Positions 25,627 to 33,943 of a DNA stretch of 35,569 nucleotides are shown here, piece by piece. This DNA is from a virus (Duplodnaviria; Caudoviricetes): the IMG/VR virus record IMGVR_UViG_3300047279_000042, positions 1 through 35,569 of that record, one strand, 5' to 3'. The translations under genes and the position numbers were made by a program. The stretch's first letter is position 1, and every line of letters starts with the position of its first letter. Under the pieces are notes generated by a model. It was not told the DNA's origin. It made no database searches and saw only the letters and a list, made by a program, of their open reading frames with translations.

Positions 25627-25956
25627 ATGTCAACATTTACAGAAAAAACTTCTATCTCTGAATTTAACATTCAGTCTAATGGCTGCATTAGTGTTCGCAA
25701 GACCACTGAGGTTCTAAAAGATGGAATTGTGATTTCATCAACTTACTGGCGTTGTGTTTTAGTGCCAAATGACACACAAGCGTCAACAGTATTAGATGAG
25801 GCTTATTACTTGAGCATTGCTCAAGTGGCTTGGACTGCTGAAGTTGTTAGTGCTTATCAAGCAGAGCAAGCACGAATTGCTGCTGAACAGGAAGCACAAC
25901 GATTGGCTGCTGAAGCTGCACAGGCTGCGGCTGAAGCTGCTGCTGCATCTGCATAA
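25627..25956 (+). CDS. Putative tail-fibre chaperone/accessory protein
   Basis: Directly follows the fibre gene; AAGGA RBS; VR....DG..IS..Y.R and AWT.EVV.AY motifs; Ala/Glu helical tail. Confidence 0.6.
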   Translation: MSTFTEKTSISEFNIQSNGCISVRKTTEVLKDGIVISSTYWRCVLVPNDTQASTVLDEAYYLSIAQVAWTAEVVSAYQAEQARIAAEQEAQRLAAEAAQAAAEAAAASA

Positions 25957-25958
25957 TC

Positions 25959-26156
25959 ATGGATGCAGATGTTGACAAAAGGCTTGCCGTGCATGAAGCG
26001 ATCTGTTTAGAAAGATACAACAACATTGATCGGTCACTGCGCGATGGGGACAAGCGCATGACCAAGATTGAATACTTGCTCTATGCGGTGATCATTGCGG
26101 TCTTGTTTGGACCAGGTGTTGCTGCCGAATTCGTCAAGAAAATATTCGGGCTATGA
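25959..26156 (+). CDS. Coiled-coil + TM protein (holin/antiholin-like)
   Basis: HEAIC.ERY..I...L......M.KIE followed by one TM helix; first gene of the membrane/lysis cluster. Confidence 0.6.
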   Translation: MDADVDKRLAVHEAICLERYNNIDRSLRDGDKRMTKIEYLLYAVIIAVLFGPGVAAEFVKKIFGL

Positions 26157-26245
26157 GAGACTGGGCCGTGGCAATCATTGCTGCGGTCTGCATCACTGTC
26201 TTTGTGATCTGGGGCAGCTTTGTCATCATTTTGTTTTGGCCATGA
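26153..26245 (+). CDS. Small TM peptide (30 aa, MRDWAVAIIAAVCITVFVIWGSFVIILFWP), not in ORF track
   Basis: Translated by hand; ATGA overlaps at both ends. Confidence 0.6.
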   Translation: MRDWAVAIIAAVCITVFVIWGSFVIILFWP

Positions 26246-26364
26246 TTTATGCTCTGGTCCTATTAGCGGCCATCGAGTACAGATGCGTCAAATGGACATG
26301 GACTGGTGATGTCTACAACCGAAGAGTTGTGTGCATTAAGTGGGAAAAGATTGAACGGAAGTAA
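26242..26364 (+). CDS. Small protein (40 aa) with hydrophobic N-terminus and Cys-bracketed hairpin
   Basis: MIYALVLLAAIEYRCVKWTWTGDVYNRRVVCIKWEKIERK; ATGA-coupled start. Confidence 0.6.
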   Translation: MIYALVLLAAIEYRCVKWTWTGDVYNRRVVCIKWEKIERK

Positions 26365-26366
26365 TC

Positions 26367-26858
26367 ATGGACCCGATGTTAGCCCTGGCAGGGATACAAA
26401 ACGCCATCAGCATGGTCAAGAAGGCCAGCAAGGTCGCATCCGACCTTGGCTCACTCGCGCCAATGATTGGCAAGATGTTCGATGCCAAGAGTGCGGCCAC
26501 CAAGGCGCTGATCGAGACAAAGAAGAGCAAAGGTTCCAACATGGGAACCGCCCTCCAGATTGAGATGGCACTGGAGCAGGCCAGAGCCTTTGAGGAAGAG
26601 CTGAAGATGCTCTTTATGACCACTGGCAAGGTCGATGTCTGGAACAAGATCAAGGCCCGTCAGGACCAGATGGACATCGATGACGCAAGAGAGCTGCGGT
26701 CTTTAGAGAAGGCAGAGAAGGCGGCCAAAAAGAAAGAGGAAGAGATGAATGAGCTGGCCATGATCATTGGCGGTGTGGCTTTTGTCTTGTTCTTGGTGGC
26801 CATTGGCATCAATGAATTGATGGACTTTTGTAACACCACCAGAAGGTGTGGAAGATGA
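26367..26858 (+). CDS. Coiled-coil protein with C-terminal TM anchor (163 aa)
   Basis: MDP.. amphipathic N-terminus, long charged helix, TM segment LAMIIGGVAFVLFLVAIGI. Confidence 0.7.
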   Translation: MDPMLALAGIQNAISMVKKASKVASDLGSLAPMIGKMFDAKSAATKALIETKKSKGSNMGTALQIEMALEQARAFEEELKMLFMTTGKVDVWNKIKARQDQMDIDDARELRSLEKAEKAAKKKEEEMNELAMIIGGVAFVLFLVAIGINELMDFCNTTRRCGR

Positions 26859-26965
26859 CTTGGCTTGATATAGTTCTTTGGTCTGCTGTACCTTTTAACT
26901 ATTTGTTTTGGATAGTTATTTATCCAAGGTTAAAAAAAAATGAACGAATATCAGAAGACCTTTGA
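26855..26965 (+). CDS. Small TM peptide (36 aa, MTWLDIVLWSAVPFNYLFWIVIYPRLKKNERISEDL), not in ORF track
   Basis: Translated by hand; ATGA-coupled; AT-rich. Confidence 0.5.
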   Translation: MTWLDIVLWSAVPFNYLFWIVIYPRLKKNERISEDL

Positions 26966-27095
26966 CCTATGCCTCAAGATATTCATCTATGGGTGTGTGG
27001 CGCTTTGGTTTCTGGGTTTCTTGAAATTCTTGCCGAATGACTTATCTGACAAAATTGTCAATTTACTGCTGGGCAGAGTAGGATTAGGCAAATGA
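26940..27095 (+). CDS. Small TM protein (51 aa, MNEYQKTFDLCLKIFIYGCVALWFLGFLKFLP...), not in ORF track
   Basis: Translated by hand; stop overlaps the next ATG. Confidence 0.6.
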   Translation: MNEYQKTFDLCLKIFIYGCVALWFLGFLKFLPNDLSDKIVNLLLGRVGLGK

Positions 27096-27295
27096 GATAT
27101 TTACTGCTTCTGTTACTGCTGACTGGCTGCGAAGACCGCTATCGATACAAGTGCCAGAATCCTGACCATTTCCACGCACCAGAGTGTCAGAAGCCAAAGT
27201 GCTTATTTACTCAGCAGTGTCCAGAATACCTGGTCGCACCCATCTTGGAGAAACAAGTCAATGCAAACCAGCCAGAAGCCAAATCTAACCCCTGA
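27092..27295 (+). CDS. Small Cys-rich lipoprotein
   Basis: Signal MRYLLLLLLLTG|C (lipobox LTGC) plus four further Cys. Confidence 0.75.
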   Translation: MRYLLLLLLLTGCEDRYRYKCQNPDHFHAPECQKPKCLFTQQCPEYLVAPILEKQVNANQPEAKSNP

Positions 27296-27797
27296 CGAGA
27301 TCGAGGTCAGAGTCTGGGGCTTTGTGGTCATTGCGGTCACTTGCATTCTTTGCTTCATTGTGGTGGCGCTTTTGTACTCTGTGACCTTTGTCACTCAGCC
27401 CATCAAGTCCATGGCCCCGATTGACCAGGCATATACCAAAATGCTGAACGACATTGTCTTGCTCATTGTTGGCGGCATTGGTGCGGTGATGGGCAAGAAG
27501 GCGGTGGGGTCTGCTGCCAAGGCTTTTGGTGGCCAGCAGTCCATGCAGCCGATGGGCCAGTGCATAGGCCAGCCCATGCAAGGCTATGGCCAGCAATACG
27601 GCTACAGCAATAATCACGGCTTTAACGCAAAGACCAACGGCATCCCATCCCAGCCATTTGGCGCTATGCCGACATGGACCAATCCAGAGCTTGATGAGAG
27701 CTGGACACCTGGTCCACCACCCACAACGCCACCGGACCATCTTGAGGATGACCATGAGCGCATTCAACTGGCTGCGGCCAGACAGGAGGCAGAATAA
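27261..27797 (+). CDS. Two-TM membrane protein with Gln/Pro-rich tail (holin candidate)
   Basis: Two hydrophobic helices; GGAG RBS; upstream of the spanins and endolysin. Confidence 0.6.
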   Translation: MQTSQKPNLTPDEIEVRVWGFVVIAVTCILCFIVVALLYSVTFVTQPIKSMAPIDQAYTKMLNDIVLLIVGGIGAVMGKKAVGSAAKAFGGQQSMQPMGQCIGQPMQGYGQQYGYSNNHGFNAKTNGIPSQPFGAMPTWTNPELDESWTPGPPPTTPPDHLEDDHERIQLAAARQEAE

Positions 27798-28273
27798 TGT
27801 TTGGCATCCCACTCCCCTATATCGCTCTGGCTGTTTGCATTGCCTTGTTTGGTTCTTACCGAGGTGGGTATCACTTTGGCTGGGAAGACAGGGACAATGA
27901 CATGAAGATTGCCATTGCCAAGAAGAATGATGAAGCCAGAGCCAAAGAGGCAGAGCTTGGCACTAAATTGATTGATCAGGAAACGAAACTCAGAAAGGCC
28001 CAAGATGATATTGTCAAGAAACAGTCTGCTATGCATGAGCTTGCTAGGACTGGCCGGCTGCGCCTCCCAACCCCAAGTTGTCCACAAGCCAGTCCAAGTG
28101 CCACCATTGCCACTGGAAATCCACAACCCAGCGATCCCCCTCAAGCCGAATCTGAGCGACAGGTTATTGAAGCTCTTATCGACCTCGCAGCCGATGGAGA
28201 CAAAGCCATCACCAAGCTCAATGCCTGCGTCAGCGCCTACGAAGAAGTAAGGAGAATCGTCAATGGTCAATGA
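27797..28273 (+). CDS. Rz: Inner-membrane spanin (i-spanin)
   Basis: N-terminal TM helix, coiled coil, LA.DGD.....LNAC..AY; contains an embedded lipoprotein gene; GGAGG RBS. Confidence 0.85.
   Translation: MFGIPLPYIALAVCIALFGSYRGGYHFGWEDRDNDMKIAIAKKNDEARAKEAELGTKLIDQETKLRKAQDDIVKKQSAMHELARTGRLRLPTPSCPQASPSATIATGNPQPSDPPQAESERQVIEALIDLAADGDKAITKLNACVSAYEEVRRIVNGQ
28005..28250 (+). CDS. Rz1: Outer-membrane spanin lipoprotein embedded in Rz in the +1 frame
   Basis: MILSRNSLLCMSLLGLAG|C lipobox; Pro-rich mature part; GAAAGG RBS before ATG 28005. Confidence 0.8.
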   Translation: MILSRNSLLCMSLLGLAGCASQPQVVHKPVQVPPLPLEIHNPAIPLKPNLSDRLLKLLSTSQPMETKPSPSSMPASAPTKK

Positions 28274-28856
28274 AGCACAGCTGGCACGGCTGCACATTGG
28301 TCCAGAGTGGGTCGATGCGCTTAACGAGACTTTCCAGCGCTTTGACATTTCAACGCCTCTGCGCCAGGCTGCCTTTATCGGCCAGTGTGGCCATGAGTGT
28401 GGCCAGTTTAGGATTCTTGAAGAGAACTTGAATTACAGGGCAGAGGCTTTGCAAAAGCTCTGGCCCAAGCGCTTTGATGCGGCCAAGGCCCAGATGTGTG
28501 CCAAGAATCCAAAGCTCATTGCCAACACTGTCTACAGTTCACGCATGGGTAACAGGGATGAAGCCAGTGGGGATGGGTATCGTTTCCGAGGCCGTGGCTG
28601 CATTCAATTGACCGGCTCGGCTAACTACCACCATGCTGGTCAAGCGCTTGGTGTGGACCTGATCATGCAGCCCGAGCTGGTGGCCACGCCCCAGTATGCT
28701 GCGCTGACAGCCGGCTGGTTCTGGGACACCCACAAGCTCAACCAGTATGCGGATGCCCAAGACTACCGGACCATGACTAAAAAGATCAATGGCGGCTTTA
28801 TTGGCCTAGACGATAGGATCAAGCACATCAACCATGCACTGTCTGTCCTGACATAA
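28263..28856 (+). CDS. Endolysin, glycoside hydrolase family 19 (chitinase-like)
   Basis: AAFIGQCGHECG..LEENLNY, YSSRMGN..GDG.RFRGRG.IQLTG..NY, A.WFW, TKKINGG..GL.DR. Confidence 0.93.
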   Translation: MVNEAQLARLHIGPEWVDALNETFQRFDISTPLRQAAFIGQCGHECGQFRILEENLNYRAEALQKLWPKRFDAAKAQMCAKNPKLIANTVYSSRMGNRDEASGDGYRFRGRGCIQLTGSANYHHAGQALGVDLIMQPELVATPQYAALTAGWFWDTHKLNQYADAQDYRTMTKKINGGFIGLDDRIKHINHALSVLT

Positions 28857-28863
28857 TTAAGCC

Positions 28864-29514
28864 ATGGCCACCAAACAGCAACAAATTGAGTCTCCATCTA
28901 TACCGAGTCTGGGATACCCACCAGACTTGTATGAGCGCAGGCACTTTAATGAGAACTATGGCTCTTTGAATGTTTTCTTTAGAAAACTGACCACAGCGCT
29001 TGGCTCACTGTTTGGACCAAGAGGAAGCCGGTTTATCTATGCCCCACTTGGGGCTTTTCAAGACTCAACCGACCAAGTGGCGGCCAACACCACCACGGCC
29101 TATGCGGTCACATTCAACACCACAGACTTTTCCAGTGGCGTGACAATAGCCAGTAACAGCCGAATCACTGTGGCCGATGCCGGAATCTGGAACTTGCAGT
29201 TTTCCATTCAGTTTACAAACACGACTAATTCATCTCAGGATGTGGATGTCTGGTTTCGGGTCAATGGGACAAATTCGGCCAATTCAAACAGCAGATTCGG
29301 CTTTGCACCCAGAAAAGGTGCAAGCGATCCGTATCACACCATTGCTGCCATGAATTATTTTTTGAGCTTGAATGCCAATGACTATGTCGAGATAATGTGG
29401 AGGCCAACCGATGTCGGTGTCACGATTGAACAATACGCTGCTAGCGTCAGCCCCACACGGCCAGCAGTCCCATCAGCCATTGCCACAATGAGCTTTGTCT
29501 CAAACATTACCTAA
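28864..29514 (+). CDS. Tail-associated protein with C-terminal beta-sandwich (C1q/TNF-like) domain
   Basis: N-terminal helix, then GAFQD..VTFNTTD..SRITV..AG.WNLQFS.Q..WFR.NG..YVEIMW; precedes the tail hub gene. Confidence 0.6.
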   Translation: MATKQQQIESPSIPSLGYPPDLYERRHFNENYGSLNVFFRKLTTALGSLFGPRGSRFIYAPLGAFQDSTDQVAANTTTAYAVTFNTTDFSSGVTIASNSRITVADAGIWNLQFSIQFTNTTNSSQDVDVWFRVNGTNSANSNSRFGFAPRKGASDPYHTIAAMNYFLSLNANDYVEIMWRPTDVGVTIEQYAASVSPTRPAVPSAIATMSFVSNIT

Positions 29515-29522
29515 ACACTGCC

Positions 29523-31001
29523 ATGTACATACCCCTAAAATTACCCCCAGGCATCTACAGAAACGGCACTGAGTACCAGTCAGCAGGCCGATGGTTTGAT
29601 GCCAACTTGGTGCGATGGTTCGAGAATACTTTGCGGCCCATGGGTGGCTGGAGGTTGAGGTCAAGCCAACAGTTAAGCGGTATGTGTCGAGGACTGATCA
29701 CCTGGCGCGACAATGGCGGCACACGCTGGATCGCTGCCGGTACGCACACAAAGCTCTATGTGATGAGTGACGCTGGGGTCAGGAAAGAAATCAGCCCGAC
29801 CGGCCTTGCTGGCGGCATTGCCAATGCAAGCAATGTCACTGGTTATGGATACAGCACCTATGGCAGCTATGCCTATGGTGTGGCGCGACCTGACACTGGC
29901 AACACCATCCCAGCTACCACCTGGTCATTTGACACATGGGGCGAGTATTTGATTGCCTGCTCAAGCACAGACGGGATGCTGTACGAATGGCAATTGGGAT
30001 TTACTACGCCAACAATTGCGGCCAGAATTACCAATTCACCAGCGGGAAACAAGGCCGTTTTGGTGACTGCCGAGCGCATCATGTTTGCCCTTGGCGCTGG
30101 TGGCAATCCAAGAAAAGTGTCATGGTCTGACCAAGAGGACAATACAGTCTGGACACCGGCAGGCAACAATCTGGCTGGTGACTATGAGCTGACAACGCCT
30201 GGCACACTGCTGGCCGGCAAGCGCGTCAAGGGTGTCAATCTACTGTTTACAGATGTGGATGTCCACACGGCCCAGTATGTTGGCGCTCCATTTGTCTATG
30301 GCTTTGAGAAGGCTGGCTCTGGATGCGGTCTCATATCGGCCCAGTCTGTGGCGGCCATTGACACTGCTGCCATTTGGATGAGCAAGTCAGGCTTTTGGAT
30401 TTATGACGGATATGTCAAGCCACTGCCATGCGATGTGTCTGACTACATCTTCAACAATATGAACTTTAACCAGGCATCCAAAGTCTATGCTGTCCACAAC
30501 AGCAAGTTTGGTGAAATCTGGTGGTACTACCCAAGCGGTGGCAGCAATGAGAATGACAGCTATGTTACTTACAACTACAGAGAGCAGCACTGGAACATAG
30601 GGTTACTTGCCAGGACTGCTGGCACTGATGCAGGAGTGTTTACCAACCCCATGGCCGTGTCCACAGACGGGTACGTCTATGAGCATGAGGTCGGCTTTGC
30701 TTATGACAGCGCCAGCGTCTACGCTGAGTCTGGGCCAATACAGCTGGGCAATGGCGACAACATCATGTCTGTCAGGCAAGTTGTGCCAGATGAGCAGACG
30801 CTGGGTGAGGCGGTGGTTTCATTCAAAACCCGCAATTACCCCACTGGTGCGCAGTCTACGTTTGGGCCATACACGGCAGCCAACCCCACTGATGTCAGGT
30901 TTTCTGGCCGGCAAGTCAATGTGAAGGTGACTGGTGCGGTATTGGCTGACTGGCGAATTGGGGTGATGAGGCTTGATGCCGTGCCATCCAGCAAGCGATG
31001 A
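29523..31001 (+). CDS. Tail hub / DNA stabilisation protein (P22 gp10-like beta-propeller)
   Basis: Trp/Gly-rich beta-strand repeats, R.V.WSDQE, CGLI, F.EIWW.YPS; podovirus gene order. Confidence 0.7.
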   Translation: MYIPLKLPPGIYRNGTEYQSAGRWFDANLVRWFENTLRPMGGWRLRSSQQLSGMCRGLITWRDNGGTRWIAAGTHTKLYVMSDAGVRKEISPTGLAGGIANASNVTGYGYSTYGSYAYGVARPDTGNTIPATTWSFDTWGEYLIACSSTDGMLYEWQLGFTTPTIAARITNSPAGNKAVLVTAERIMFALGAGGNPRKVSWSDQEDNTVWTPAGNNLAGDYELTTPGTLLAGKRVKGVNLLFTDVDVHTAQYVGAPFVYGFEKAGSGCGLISAQSVAAIDTAAIWMSKSGFWIYDGYVKPLPCDVSDYIFNNMNFNQASKVYAVHNSKFGEIWWYYPSGGSNENDSYVTYNYREQHWNIGLLARTAGTDAGVFTNPMAVSTDGYVYEHEVGFAYDSASVYAESGPIQLGNGDNIMSVRQVVPDEQTLGEAVVSFKTRNYPTGAQSTFGPYTAANPTDVRFSGRQVNVKVTGAVLADWRIGVMRLDAVPSSKR

Positions 31002-31366
31002 GTGATCAGGAACATTTGGAGAGGCTACGCCACCATGTGGAGGCGGCATTAGAATACTCTGGAGGCACACATAATTTTGACGATGTCGCTGAGATGGTTG
31101 AAAAGCAGCAATTACAGCTGTGGCCGGCCAAGGACTCGGTGGTGTTGACAGAGATCATTGTCTATCCCAGGCTAAAAAATTTGCATTATTTTCTGGCTGG
31201 TGGCGACCTAGATGAACTCTCACGGATGAGACCAATGATCGAATCCTGGGGCAAGTCTATTGGCTGCACCAGAGTGACCTTGGCAGGCCGCAGAGGCTGG
31301 TCAAAGACATTTTTGAAAGACGAAGGCTACAGTCCACAATGGACTGTACTTGCAAAAGATTTATAG
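30998..31366 (+). CDS. GNAT-fold virion assembly protein (T7 gp13 / P22 gp14-like)
   Basis: LH.FLAGG...WGKSIGC..V.L.GRRGW; position after the tail hub gene. Confidence 0.6.
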   Translation: MSDQEHLERLRHHVEAALEYSGGTHNFDDVAEMVEKQQLQLWPAKDSVVLTEIIVYPRLKNLHYFLAGGDLDELSRMRPMIESWGKSIGCTRVTLAGRRGWSKTFLKDEGYSPQWTVLAKDL

Positions 31367-31375
31367 GGGATAGAT

Positions 31376-32983
31376 ATGGCTTCAGCTGGACTTGCATGGT
31401 CACTAGCAAATGGTATTACTGAGGCGGAGTATTACGAAAACTTGCGCAAATCTTTAATCACTGCCACAGAAAATGGTGTCAGTGATGCAACCATTGCCAA
31501 AGAGATGGAGAAGTATGGCATCAGTGCGGCTGATCTGGCCAAAGCCACTGGTGTAGAGACTAAAGTTGTTCAAGACAGAATAGACACTGTCACAACACCA
31601 GGTCTCTTGGAGCCAGAGGTGGTCACACCAACACCACCCACTGGCGGTGGCGGTGGCGGTCTTTTGACTCCAGACGTTGTGACCCCTGTTCCTCCTGTTG
31701 CAGTAGCACCAGTGGTTACGGCTCCAGTGGTTACGGCTCCAGTGGTCACGGCTCCGGCAGTAACAGCACCAGCAGTGACACCTCCAGTGGTCAAGCTACC
31801 CACTACCCCAATCACAATAAATACACCAGGTCTTCTAACTCCAACGACACCAGTGACACCACCAGTGGTCGCGCCTCCAGTAGTGGCGGCTCCAGTCACG
31901 CCTCCAGTGGTAGCAGCACCAACAACGCCCACACGATCTGCCGGTCTGACCTGGTCATTGGCTAATGGCATCACTGAGGCGGAATACTATAAAAAGGTCG
32001 CTGAAGATTACAAAAGAGCTGTCGATTTAAAGTTAACAGACGCACAAATCAAAAGCACCATGGACCAGTATGGCATCAGCGCTGCTGATCTGGCGACTGC
32101 TACTGGCTCAGACCTTAAAAAAGTTGAAACCAGAGTAACAGCGGCAGTGCCAACAACCCCAGCTGAAATTGCATACGATAAAGCCGCAAAAGAAGAGCTG
32201 GCGGCAAGAGAAGCCAAAGCTGCTGCCGAGAAAAAAGCCAATGATGCGGCATGGGCCGAAAAGGAAAGGCTAAACAAACTTGCATGGGAAGAAAAGCAAA
32301 AGCAAAATGAGCTTGCTTGGGCAGAGCAACAAAGAAAAAATGCACTTGACTATGCTGCACAGCAAAAAGCTGCGGCTGATGCAGAACGAGCCAAATTAGA
32401 TGCGCTTAGAACGCCAGAAACAAATCCATTCATAAATGCTGGACCAATAAACCCAGAGCTACCGCCTGGTCAAGTTGGCTTTACACAGCCCACACAACCC
32501 GAATCTGGGCCGCTGACCTTTGCGGAAAACTTAAAGAATTACCAGTCAATCCCAGTTGGCGCTCAATACAACCCCTATGCGGTCGGTGGCACTGGATCAC
32601 CCTACAGCCAGATCATGGCCCAGGCAAAGCCATTGGGCAACCCATACGCCAATGCTTTGGCTGGCCAATCCATGGGCGGCTTCAACCCAGCTTTGTATGC
32701 CCAAGCCGCTGCGGCCTATAAGGCCGAGGCCGATGCAGCGAAAGCAGCAGCAGATGCTGCAGCAGTAGCGCCAGAAAGCACAGGATTAGCCTATGGCGGC
32801 ATGGTCCATGGCGGCCTGATGTTTGGACCAAACCCTGCCGGCCCAGATGATGGCGCTGTCAATCTTGATCTTGGTGAGTATGTGGTCAAGAAGTCTTCAG
32901 TCAATAAATACGGCAAGGGACTTCTGGACATGATCAATGAAGGCAAAATACCCGCAAAGAAAATTAGATCGTTACTGGATTAA
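31376..32983 (+). CDS. Modular virion-associated protein: duplicated helical domain, Pro/Thr linker, coiled coil, C-terminal AxGG...GEYV domain
   Basis: Two copies of SAGL.WSLANGITEAEYY...YGISAADLA.ATG; APVVT repeats; AWxE repeats; AYGGMV..GP...DD....L..GEYVV. Confidence 0.7.
   Translation: MASAGLAWSLANGITEAEYYENLRKSLITATENGVSDATIAKEMEKYGISAADLAKATGVETKVVQDRIDTVTTPGLLEPEVVTPTPPTGGGGGGLLTPDVVTPVPPVAVAPVVTAPVVTAPVVTAPAVTAPAVTPPVVKLPTTPITINTPGLLTPTTPVTPPVVAPPVVAAPVTPPVVAAPTTPTRSAGLTWSLANGITEAEYYKKVAEDYKRAVDLKLTDAQIKSTMDQYGISAADLATATGSDLKKVETRVTAAVPTTPAEIAYDKAAKEELAAREAKAAAEKKANDAAWAEKERLNKLAWEEKQKQNELAWAEQQRKNALDYAAQQKAAADAERAKLDALRTPETNPFINAGPINPELPPGQVGFTQPTQPESGPLTFAENLKNYQSIPVGAQYNPYAVGGTGSPYSQIMAQAKPLGNPYANALAGQSMGGFNPALYAQAAAAYKAEADAAKAAADAAAVAPESTGLAYGGMVHGGLMFGPNPAGPDDGAVNLDLGEYVVKKSSVNKYGKGLLDMINEGKIPAKKIRSLLD
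31706..31792 (+). repeat. 15-bp coding tandem repeat (APVVT/APAVT, ~6 units)
   Basis: GCACCAGTGGTTACG GCTCCAGTGGTTACG GCTCCAGTGGTCACG GCTCCGGCAGTAACA GCACCAGCAGTGACA CCTCCAGTGGTC. Confidence 0.9.
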
Positions 32984-32993
32984 AGGAAAAATT

Positions 32994-33932
32994 ATGTCAA
33001 AAGGTGGAAGCACAACCTCAACAAGCTCCATTGATCCACAGATCAAGGATGCGTTTTTATCCAACTTTGAGCAGGCCAAGAATGTGGCCGGTGCATTGCC
33101 GGTACAACAGTTTGCAGGCTACAACCCGCTGCAACTGGCAGGCGAGGAGGCTCTGGTCAACACATCCCTTGCTGGCCCAGGCATTGCTGGCACAGACTTG
33201 GCGGCTCAAATGGCTGCCACTAATAGCCTCTATCAGCCCTCTGTACTCAAAGCGCAGCAGACTAACTTAGGCATGAGTGGCCCAGGCTCTATTGCTTCTT
33301 ACATGAATCCCTATACAGAGTCTGTGCGCAAGAACGCATTGGCTGACCTTGAGTCCTCGCGCCAGGCTGCCGTGCAGCAAACTGGTGAGCGTGCAGCGGC
33401 TGCCAAGGCTTTTGGTGGATCACGCCAAGCAGTGGCCGAAAGCCTGACCAATACTGGCTTTGCCAAGCAGGCTGGCGACCTTGGCACTAGGCTCAACGAG
33501 CAGGCATTCAATCAGGCCATGGCTTTGCAGCAGGCCGACATTGGCCGGATGTCAGCGGCAGACATTGCCAATCAGCAAGCAGGCTTGCAAGGCGCTCAAT
33601 TGCGTCTGGCTGGCTCTGGCCAGCTTGGAAGTCTTGCGGCCCAGCAGCAGGCATTGCGTCTTGGTGGCGCTCAGAATGTCATGGCCGCTGGCAGTGCGCG
33701 TCAGGCCCAAGAGCAGCAGAGAATGGATGCCATTCGAAACATTGGCCTCCAGCGCCTTGGTGTGGTGCAAACAAGTCTTGGTGCGCAGCCTGCCAACCTT
33801 GGCATGATTACTCAGACCCCATACACCCAGAACCCAGTGGCTGGCGCTGTTGGTGGGGCATTGGCTGGTGGCAAATTGTTTGGATTGCCTGGTGCAATTG
33901 GCGGTGGAATTCTTGGCGCAATTGGCCCCTAA
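32994..33932 (+). CDS. DNA ejection / pilot protein
   Basis: Start ATG 32994 after AAGGA; MSKGG.T.TS, YMNPY, AFGGSR, Gln/Ala helices, C-terminal glycine zipper. Confidence 0.7.
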   Translation: MSKGGSTTSTSSIDPQIKDAFLSNFEQAKNVAGALPVQQFAGYNPLQLAGEEALVNTSLAGPGIAGTDLAAQMAATNSLYQPSVLKAQQTNLGMSGPGSIASYMNPYTESVRKNALADLESSRQAAVQQTGERAAAAKAFGGSRQAVAESLTNTGFAKQAGDLGTRLNEQAFNQAMALQQADIGRMSAADIANQQAGLQGAQLRLAGSGQLGSLAAQQQALRLGGAQNVMAAGSARQAQEQQRMDAIRNIGLQRLGVVQTSLGAQPANLGMITQTPYTQNPVAGAVGGALAGGKLFGLPGAIGGGILGAIGP

Positions 33933-33943
33933 AGGAGTAAGAA

